Assembly (NCBI GenBank): GCA_020628815.1
Contig: JAHDEN010000001.1
Span: 36,288-100,287, forward strand
Source: Chloroflexota bacterium
Lineage (GTDB): Bacteria; Chloroflexota; Anaerolineae; Promineifilales; Promineifilaceae
Length of the DNA: 64,000 nt
Direction: 5' to 3'
Shown here: piece after piece, positions 55,530 through 62,994 of the stretch
Position numbering within the stretch: the first letter of the stretch is position 1
How the letters are laid out: each line of letters opens with the position of its first letter
Notes under the pieces: generated by a model
The model's database searches: none
What the model was told of the DNA's origin: nothing
The model's input: the letters and a program-made list of their open reading frames with translations, nothing else
Program-made: the position numbers and the translations under genes

Positions 55530-58220
55530 ATGTTTCAAAATCCAGCCGTTAGCTTCTATATTATTCTATTTATCGGGCTCCTTTTACTTGGCACGACCAT
55601 CTATTCATTTCGGGCCAGTAAAAATTGGGTAGGATACAGCTTTTCTATTTTCATGCTGACGCTAACCGCCATGGCATTGATGGAGCTATTTACGATTCTT
55701 AATGTAGGGAAACCGCTTATTTGGGGGCTTAGCCGTCGTATCTCGCTCTCTTTTTCAATTCTATTTGTCCCATACACTCTAATTCAATTCACTTACGCAT
55801 TAGCAAATGACAATGCCAGAATTCCACCAAAATATCTTTCTGGGTTGCATGGTTATTTTGCAGCAGTCTTACTTCTCCTTTTCACCAATTCGCGGCATGG
55901 GCTAATTTTGTTCGAAGGCCACCTCATCGAACCGGCCGTGCGCTCATCCTTCCAAAGTGTAAATGGGCCATTACTCATCCCGGTGTTGGCCATCTCACTA
56001 CTAGGCTATCTCTATTCAATCAGCCTGTTATTTAATCTGGCCAAGCGAAGTAGAGGCAATCTCAAAAAACAGTCCATCTTTTTAATCGGTGCAATCTGCT
56101 TACCTCTGGTAGTTAGTATCGGGCAAATTGCTACAGATCAAATCAACTTGGTAATTTCCCCCACAGTTGTCGGGTTTTGTATTTGCGGGCTCATTTCTAC
56201 ATTTGTTCTTTTTACACTCAATCTCAATAACGTTGTCGTCTTTGCACGAGACACCGTAATTGAGCAAATGGAAGATGGCGTTCTTGTTCTAGATCATCAG
56301 GAAGTGATCCAGTTCGTCAATCCAGCGCTTTGCAAAATGGTTGGATGGGGCTTTAATAAAATCGTAGGTAAAAACGTCTTTGAGCTATTGTCCTATATTC
56401 AGGTTGAAGGCTTTTTTGACGAGCAAAGCATAAACGATTGGGAAGATAAAACCCTTGTTTCGATGAACCACTTTGAGCTAAATACTCCGATGGTCTTAGA
56501 AATCCGAAAAAATCTTTTTTACGGCCAAGCGGGCGAAAAGATCGGCACCATGCTCATATGGCAAGATGTAACGGCCAGATACAATGCAGAAGTCGCGATG
56601 GCTGAAGCTCGATCCCTAGCAGAAGATGCAAACCGAGCCAAATCCGCCTTTCTTGCCAACATGAGCCATGAAATTCGAACCCCCCTTAATGGCATTTTGG
56701 GGATGGCGGGCCTGCTTAAAGACACAGAGCTAACTCCAGAACAACTAGATTTTTGCCAAACAATTGTTGGCAGTGGTCAGTCTCTTCTAACAATTATTAA
56801 CGATATTCTTGACTTCTCGAAAATTGAAGCTGGAAAATTAGATCTGGAGGAAGAACCGTTCTTTCTACATCGTTGCGTAGAAGAGGTATTAGACATATTG
56901 GCATCAAAAGCAGAAGAAAAAGATATTGAGTTAGCCTTTATGCCAGAGGGGGTTGTTCCAACAACGATTTTAAGCGATGTCACCCGTTTGAGACAGGTCT
57001 TGTTAAACCTGATTGGAAACGCGATTAAGTTCACAAGTGAAGGTGAGGTGGTTATCTACCTTTCGGCCGAGCGAAAGCTTAGCACTGAAAATCCGTGGCT
57101 GTTTCACTTTCGTGTAAAAGATACCGGCATTGGGATCCCCGAAGACAAAATCAATCGGTTGTTCAAAACCTTTAGTCAAGTAGATGAATCGACCACGAGA
57201 AAGTTCGGCGGGACAGGTTTAGGCCTTGCAATCAGCAAAAAGCTGGCCGAAATGCTTGGGGGAGATATGTGGGTTGAGAGTGAGCTAGGCAAAGGCTCCA
57301 CGTTCCACTTTACCGTTGCAGCCAATGCATCTTTCGATCAACCGCCTGAACATCTCACAAACAATGAAACCCCATTGTTTGGCAAGCAGATTTTGGTTGT
57401 AGATGACAATCTAACCAATCGGAAGATAATCGAAATCCAACTCAGAAACTGGGGAGTAGTCTCTACTTTGGCCGCATCAGGTGAAGAGGCGCTGTCGCTT
57501 TTAGACTCCGAGGGACCAAATCAATTCGACATGGCGATCTTAGACATGCACATGCCGGAAATGAACGGGCTGGAACTGGCCCAAGAGGTACGCAAAAATC
57601 GAAGTAAAGATAAATTCCCGCTAGTCATGCTCACCTCACTCGGCCGAATTAATGATGATAAAAATGCTGAATTTTCATCCTACTTGACAAAGCCTGTAAA
57701 AGCCGCCCATCTATTCACTGCGCTTGTGAAAGCGACAAAGCCGAACCTAATCCAAGACGTGGACGAAAATGAAGTTTCGAATCCTAATGAACAAGCGGTT
57801 GCAGGCTTTGGTGAAAATCTAGCTGATCATGCCCCGCTCTCAATTCTTCTGGCAGAAGATAACATCGTTAATCAAAAGGTTGCGCTGAGAATGTTTGAAC
57901 GGCTAGGCTACAAGATAGAAATGGCGAACAACGGCCGTGAAGCGCTTGAACTGTTAGAGCAAAAGCAATTCAATGTGGTATTTATGGATATGCAAATGCC
58001 AGAGATGAATGGGACTGAGGCGACAGAGAAGATTCGAAACGAATGGCAAGATCGTGCTCAACCCTGGATTGTTGCAATGACAGCAAATGCTATGGTCGGA
58101 GATAGAGAAAAATATTTAGAGCTTGGGGTTGACGATTATGTAAGCAAACCGGTCAACAAAGATTCGTTAGAGGAAGCGCTAAAAAGAGCGGCTAAAAGTC
58201 TAAAACTTACTACTCGATAA
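55530..58220 (+). CDS. Hybrid sensor histidine kinase (N-terminal 7TM region, PAS, HisKA, HATPase, two receiver domains)
   Basis: ~7 hydrophobic helices. PAS-like 'MEDGVLVLDHQEVIQFVNPA'. H-box MSHEIRTPLNG, G-boxes DTGIGI/GGTGLGLAI. Two REC domains (ILDMHMPEMNG, FMDMQMPEMNG). Confidence 0.9.
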   Translation: MFQNPAVSFYIILFIGLLLLGTTIYSFRASKNWVGYSFSIFMLTLTAMALMELFTILNVGKPLIWGLSRRISLSFSILFVPYTLIQFTYALANDNARIPPKYLSGLHGYFAAVLLLLFTNSRHGLILFEGHLIEPAVRSSFQSVNGPLLIPVLAISLLGYLYSISLLFNLAKRSRGNLKKQSIFLIGAICLPLVVSIGQIATDQINLVISPTVVGFCICGLISTFVLFTLNLNNVVVFARDTVIEQMEDGVLVLDHQEVIQFVNPALCKMVGWGFNKIVGKNVFELLSYIQVEGFFDEQSINDWEDKTLVSMNHFELNTPMVLEIRKNLFYGQAGEKIGTMLIWQDVTARYNAEVAMAEARSLAEDANRAKSAFLANMSHEIRTPLNGILGMAGLLKDTELTPEQLDFCQTIVGSGQSLLTIINDILDFSKIEAGKLDLEEEPFFLHRCVEEVLDILASKAEEKDIELAFMPEGVVPTTILSDVTRLRQVLLNLIGNAIKFTSEGEVVIYLSAERKLSTENPWLFHFRVKDTGIGIPEDKINRLFKTFSQVDESTTRKFGGTGLGLAISKKLAEMLGGDMWVESELGKGSTFHFTVAANASFDQPPEHLTNNETPLFGKQILVVDDNLTNRKIIEIQLRNWGVVSTLAASGEEALSLLDSEGPNQFDMAILDMHMPEMNGLELAQEVRKNRSKDKFPLVMLTSLGRINDDKNAEFSSYLTKPVKAAHLFTALVKATKPNLIQDVDENEVSNPNEQAVAGFGENLADHAPLSILLAEDNIVNQKVALRMFERLGYKIEMANNGREALELLEQKQFNVVFMDMQMPEMNGTEATEKIRNEWQDRAQPWIVAMTANAMVGDREKYLELGVDDYVSKPVNKDSLEEALKRAAKSLKLTTR

Positions 58221-59982
58221 CGGGCAACATAACAGACACATCATCAAATTGAACAACACTGGTTTTTGCATCTTCATTCAACGGGGTGGCCAAATAAAAT
58301 CCGATCTGCCCTTTGTGATCCATTTCAGAATTTACAGGGATTCTCTCTACAAACTGATTGTTGATAAATAAATCCATTTCATCTGCGCGCACTTCAACTC
58401 GCAGATTATTCCAATTGCTGTACGGTTCAATTGTCGAAGATGGTATCCACGGTGAGCCACTTTGCTCTTTCAAGGCTACCCACACCCCATCGGTCAAGTT
58501 CCAAACGCTCCACTGCCCCAGGCCATTCACCCCGAACACGTGATAGTCACGAGGAGACTTGTAATTAAACACAAGTCCATATCCTGTTTCTAACGGGCCA
58601 TCTTTATGAATAATATTTGCGCTAAATGTGTATTGCTCGTATTCAGGGCTCTCAACAGGAACAGCCGAAACGACACTATCGGCTTTTTCAATCCGCATTT
58701 CATAAACGCCGTCAACCAATTGGATCCAGCGAGGAGCACCGCCAGTGGGCCAAACAAGATCGTTGTTATCAAAGGAATCGGTCAATTCAACTAGGCCGCC
58801 TACCACTTCACCACCTGTTCCAGCTTCTACTTCTGGTGACCGCCCAGCGCGACGATTGAGGAAGATTGATCCAAAAACAAGAAGTAGAACCAGCCCGGCC
58901 GCGCCTGCTTTCATGCGCCAGTCAATTTGACTAAATTGATATATCCACCTAAACCAGCCTGTTAACCGAACCTTTGTGATTTCAACCCAGTTATTTTCAG
59001 ATGCACCATGAATGGGAGAAACAACTAATGAGTTATCTGCTTCTGCGTCATTTAATTGAGCATATTTAGGACTATTCAACAGGTTTTGAATCTCATCAGC
59101 TAGCTCTTGCCCAGATTGATACCGATCATCCCCATTTTTCTGAGCCGCACGATTCACAATATATGAAACCGCCTCGTCAACTTCAGGATTGATTTCACTC
59201 ATCGATGGCAACGGCTCATTAATGTGCTTCATGAGGATGCCATACAAGTTCTCGGAGTTAAACGGGAGTTCGCCAGTCAGTAACTGATACAACACGATGC
59301 CCAAGGAATATATGTCGCTGCGTTTATCTCCACGATCTCCCGTAATCATTTCAGGTGGGATGTAAGTCGGCGTGCCGCTGGTAGCCCCATCGGCCGTCAT
59401 TCGGTTCTGGTGCAGTAACGTTGCAATTCCGAAGTCGGTAAGAACATAGCGGCCGTCAGTGCCGATCAAAATATTTCCAGGTTTCACATCTCGGTGAATG
59501 ATCCCAAACTTGTGAGCATAATCTAAAGCTTCAGAAATATCTCGGGCGATTTCAAGCGCCTGCTTAACCGGAATGGGTTTAAATTTATCTTTTGAGATTT
59601 CGCGAGCTTTTAGCTGTTGATCAAGCGCCCCACCGTCAATATACTCCATCGAAATAAAACTAACTTCATCCGAAGCCTCAAAATCGTAAACTTGCACGAT
59701 GTTGGGATGCTTCATGCTCGCAATCGCTTGGGCTTCAAGCAAAAAGCGTTCGCGCACAGTTTTTTCAATGGTTAGATGCTGATGCAGAACTTTAAGCGCG
59801 ACATTACGACCCAAGGGTTCTTGAACCGCTTTGTATACAGTCGCCATACCGCCTTGCCCCAAGACTTCCCCGATTTTATATTTTCCTATCGTGTCGCCTG
59901 ACTTTATTTTCAAGCCTAACTTTCCTTGATTGCGATTTGAAATTGACCGTTTTTGTGAATCAATTATATGGCTGAAGGCCAA
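58210..59982 (-). CDS. PknB-like Ser/Thr protein kinase with a TM helix and a LamG/DUF1080-like ectodomain
   Basis: GQGGMATVYKA, VALKV, HRDVKPGNIL, DFGIA, PTYIPPE. TM helix AGAAGLVLLLVFGSIFL. The C-terminal ~200 aa end in VQFDDVSV. TTG start as in the ORF track. The 3' end overlaps the convergent hybrid HK gene by 11 nt. Confidence 0.85.
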   Translation of the reverse strand: MAFSHIIDSQKRSISNRNQGKLGLKIKSGDTIGKYKIGEVLGQGGMATVYKAVQEPLGRNVALKVLHQHLTIEKTVRERFLLEAQAIASMKHPNIVQVYDFEASDEVSFISMEYIDGGALDQQLKAREISKDKFKPIPVKQALEIARDISEALDYAHKFGIIHRDVKPGNILIGTDGRYVLTDFGIATLLHQNRMTADGATSGTPTYIPPEMITGDRGDKRSDIYSLGIVLYQLLTGELPFNSENLYGILMKHINEPLPSMSEINPEVDEAVSYIVNRAAQKNGDDRYQSGQELADEIQNLLNSPKYAQLNDAEADNSLVVSPIHGASENNWVEITKVRLTGWFRWIYQFSQIDWRMKAGAAGLVLLLVFGSIFLNRRAGRSPEVEAGTGGEVVGGLVELTDSFDNNDLVWPTGGAPRWIQLVDGVYEMRIEKADSVVSAVPVESPEYEQYTFSANIIHKDGPLETGYGLVFNYKSPRDYHVFGVNGLGQWSVWNLTDGVWVALKEQSGSPWIPSSTIEPYSNWNNLRVEVRADEMDLFINNQFVERIPVNSEMDHKGQIGFYLATPLNEDAKTSVVQFDDVSVMLPVIE

Positions 59983-60136
59983 TTGCAGGATATCAACTTC
60001 AATATTCTACGCTTTTACTCAAAAACAGCATGAGAAATAAAGGTTAATTTAAACCAAATTATGCCAAAATCGTACAAATCTACTTGAAAAAATTGTATGA
60101 AACCAAGCTTACGGTTTAACTTGTAAAATTACCTTA

Positions 60137-60165
60137 TTGACTCTCTTTAGGCAGACGCTTATAAT
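60137..60165 (+). promoter_or_regulatory. Sigma-70-type promoter for the serS leader
   Basis: TTGACT - 17 nt - TATAAT (consensus -35 and -10). Confidence 0.7.
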
Positions 60166-60171
60166 TCGGCA

Positions 60172-60409
60172 AAATTCAAAATTTATCAACTGTGACGAAG
60201 ATAAGTATTTTGCAGTTTGTTTCCAGAGAGTTAGCGGCGGTGCAAGCTAATAACAAAAGCAATTGAAATCTACTTCTGAGTTGTTTGCGCAAAACGCAAA
60301 CCGGTTAGGACCGTTATATCCTCCAGAGTATAGTCAAAGCTTAGAGCAATGACTTAAAATTCAGGTGGTACCGCGACGCCCCTTCGCCCTGAAGCGAAGG
60401 GGCGTTTTG
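60172..60409 (+). promoter_or_regulatory. T-box riboswitch leader (Ser specifier) with an intrinsic terminator
   Basis: AGAGAG and GGUGCAA Stem-I elements. GAAA-UCU-A specifier candidate at 60269-60271. T-box sequence AAAUUCAGGUGGUACCGCG (60355-60375). Terminator CGCCCCTTCGC/GCGAAGGGGCG+TTTT (60377-60409). Confidence 0.8.
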
Positions 60410-60477
60410 TATTTATTCGCCAAATTGATCATACAATTTTGGCGGTCAAGTTAGCTAAAAGCTAAAAAGGTAACCAC

Positions 60478-61845
60478 ATGATAGACATAAATTTGATTCG
60501 AAATCAGACCGATTGGGTGCGTGAGCAATTGGTCAAGTTAAATGACACCAAGGCACCGATAGACACCGTCTTAGAGCAAGACACTATCCGCCGAGAGGTA
60601 ATTGCAGAGGTTGAAGAGCTGCGACGGGAGCGGAATGTAGCCAGTAAAGCGATTGGCAAAGCGATGGGTGGCTTGAAAAAAATGGAAGCCGACCTTAAAA
60701 AAGCTCAGGCGGCCGGTGAAGCTACGGCTGAGTTAGAAGCTCAAGTTGCTCAGGCTCAAAAAGAAGCGGAAGCTGCCAAAGATAAACCACGCAAGATCGG
60801 GGATCGTATTGATGAGCTGCAAGAAAAGCTAAACAAAGCTGAAGCCCGTTTACGAGAAGCGATGCTGTGGGTGCCGAACATGCCGCACGAAAGTGTTCCG
60901 GTGGCGATGAGTGACGAAGAAAATGTAAATGGGGCACCACAGGGAACACCCATCCCACAATTTGATTTTGAACCGATACCCCATTGGGATTTGGGACCAC
61001 AGTTAGGGCTGATTGACTTTGAGCGAGGGGTAAAACTGAGCGGAAGCCGGTTTTATGTTTTACAAGGGGTTGGTGCCCGGCTGCAGCGGGCGGTGATCCA
61101 GTTTATGCTCAACCATCATGTAGATGAGCATGGCTACACGGAGATTTATCCGCCGTTTATGGTACGTAGCGAAATGTTTGAAGGGGCGGCTCAGCTACCT
61201 AAATTTGCTGAAAACATTTATCGTGATGCTGAAGAAGATTTCATGTTCTTGGGCACGGCCGAAATCGCGCTAACAAATTTGCATAGAGATGAGATTTTAG
61301 AGCATACGGATTTACCGAAAAAGTATGTCGCTTATACACCTTGTTTCCGACGTGAAAAAATGAGCGCCGGCCGAGATGTACGCGGCATCAAGCGTGGCCA
61401 TCAGTTTGATAAGGTGGAAATGTACCGCTTTACCAAGCCAGAAGACAGCTATGCGGCGCTTGAAGAACTCCTGACCGAAGCGACAGATATCGCTGAAGCG
61501 TTGGAGTTGCCGTACCGCATCGTTGATATTGTAAGTGGCGACCTTGGGTTTGCGGCCGCCAAGAAATATGATGTTGAGATTTGGGCGGCCGGTTGCCAAG
61601 AGTGGCTTGAAGTGAGCAGCGCCAGTAACTGTGAAGGGTTCCAAGCTCGCCGGGCCAATATTCGGTATCGGCCGGATGAAGGTGGACGGCCGCAGTATGT
61701 TCATACCCTAAATGCCAGCGGGCTAGCATTGCCCCGCGTCATGATCGCCATCATGGAAAACAATCAGCAAAAAGATGGCAGCATTGTAATACCCAAGGTT
61801 TTGCGTCCATACATGGGTGGCCTAGAGGTAATCGAACCGGCATAA
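60478..61845 (+). CDS. serS: Seryl-tRNA synthetase
   Basis: Class II motifs (FRRE, GHQFDKVE, ASNCEGFQARR, LNASGLALPR), an N-terminal coiled-coil arm, and a length of 455 aa. Confidence 0.95.
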   Translation: MIDINLIRNQTDWVREQLVKLNDTKAPIDTVLEQDTIRREVIAEVEELRRERNVASKAIGKAMGGLKKMEADLKKAQAAGEATAELEAQVAQAQKEAEAAKDKPRKIGDRIDELQEKLNKAEARLREAMLWVPNMPHESVPVAMSDEENVNGAPQGTPIPQFDFEPIPHWDLGPQLGLIDFERGVKLSGSRFYVLQGVGARLQRAVIQFMLNHHVDEHGYTEIYPPFMVRSEMFEGAAQLPKFAENIYRDAEEDFMFLGTAEIALTNLHRDEILEHTDLPKKYVAYTPCFRREKMSAGRDVRGIKRGHQFDKVEMYRFTKPEDSYAALEELLTEATDIAEALELPYRIVDIVSGDLGFAAAKKYDVEIWAAGCQEWLEVSSASNCEGFQARRANIRYRPDEGGRPQYVHTLNASGLALPRVMIAIMENNQQKDGSIVIPKVLRPYMGGLEVIEPA

Positions 61846-61857
61846 ATTTGTCATCAG

Positions 61858-61916
61858 TTGGCTGTTATCAAATACGGAAGGGTTGCTATACTCCAAGCCA
61901 TTGATAACAGCCAACA
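61858..61916. repeat. Perfect 15-bp inverted repeat (hairpin with a 29-nt loop) downstream of serS
   Basis: GTTGGCTGTTATCAA (61858-61872) and TTGATAACAGCCAAC (61902-61916). No T-run follows. Confidence 0.6.
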
Positions 61917-62039
61917 ACAACTAGTGTTTCAACCATGCTACTATGATGGATTAGAAAAGCGAAGAAACACTTAAAGTCACGACGTTTCCGATAAGATTAC
62001 CGATCATTTTATCCTAGTCGTGACACTAGCGAGGTAAAC

Positions 62040-62705
62040 ATGGACTATAAACTTAAGCTTGTCAGCTTTAAATTATGACCTTACGTTCAGCGTTCGGTCA
62101 TAACGCTAAACCATTTGGGAGTTCCCTATGATATTGAGTACATCGATTTAGCTAACAAACCAGACTGGTTTTTAGAGATTTCGCCATTGGGAAAAGTGCC
62201 TGTTGTACAGGTAAATGACGGGGCATCGATATTTGAGTCTGCCGTGATCAACGAATTTGTCTCAGAAATCAATCCGCCCGTTATGCATCCGGCCGATCCT
62301 GTTGAAAAAGCTCGTAACCGGGCATGGATCGAATACGGGTCGGGCATGTTGGGCACAAATTTTCGATTACGGAATTCGAAAACGGCCGAAGAGTTTGCTG
62401 AAAATCGCAGCAAATTAATCGACCAGCTCAAAAAGGTTGAAGAACAAATAGATGAAGGCCCTTTCTTTAACGGGGAGGAATTTAGCCTCATCGACAGTTC
62501 GTACACACCTTTGTTTATGCAGCTGGATCTGATGAATAAGATTCATAACTTTGACATTTATGCAGAGACCCCAAAAGTCGGCCGATGGGCTGAGATGATG
62601 CTGTCTTTAGACGCGGTCAAAAGTTCAGTTGTCGAGGATTTTCCTGAGCTATTTACAGCCAGCATTTCTAAACGGGATGGATACTTGGGCCAGTTTTTGA
62701 ACTAG
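62040..62705 (+). CDS. Glutathione S-transferase-family protein with an in-frame TGA at the catalytic Cys position (putative selenoprotein, 221 aa)
   Basis: The ATG at 62040 is preceded by GAGG. Translation MDYKLKLVSFKL-[TGA 62076-62078]-PYVQRSVITLNHLGVPYDIEYIDLANKPDWFLEISPLGKVPVV matches the 'SFKLCPYVQR...DLANKPDWF..SPLGKVP' N-terminal domain of Cys-type GSTs. It is in the same frame as the track ORF 62115..62705. Confidence 0.65.
62085..62111 (+). promoter_or_regulatory. Candidate bacterial SECIS hairpin 6 nt downstream of the GST TGA
   Basis: GUUCAGCGUU [CGGUCAU] AACGCUAAAC: 9 bp with one C-A mismatch. The apical loop contains GGUC, as in the E. coli fdhF SECIS loop, and starts 16 nt after the UGA. 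Confidence 0.45.
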
Positions 62706-62767
62706 GCAAGCAGCCATAATCAAGCAAGGCAGACCCATACGGTCATTCACACTTGAACAGATTTTCA

Positions 62768-62803
62768 ACCTCGGGGGTTTTTAAGGCTCCCGAGGTTTTT
62801 TTT
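62768..62803 (+). terminator. Rho-independent terminator after the GST gene
   Basis: ACCTCGGG ... CCCGAGGT followed by TTTTTTTT. Confidence 0.75.
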
Positions 62804-62994
62804 ATAGATTAGGGCTTACGCATTTGGTGTTACAAGTTTGATTTTTGCGTAAATCCTATAGATTTAGCATTTGCTTCGAAAGCTCTTCAAGAGCAAACGT
62901 CCTAAAACACAACTTGTCACTTGCTTGCCTCCAACTTCTCACCCTTCCCTCATCACATTCGGCCGCACAACCTGCTATAATCTGATCCGCATTT

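Noticed and set aside
58210-58220. 11-nt convergent overlap of the hybrid HK and Ser/Thr kinase gene ends as a regulatory feature
   Set aside because: Short 3'-end overlaps of convergent genes are common in compact genomes, and no associated structure was seen.
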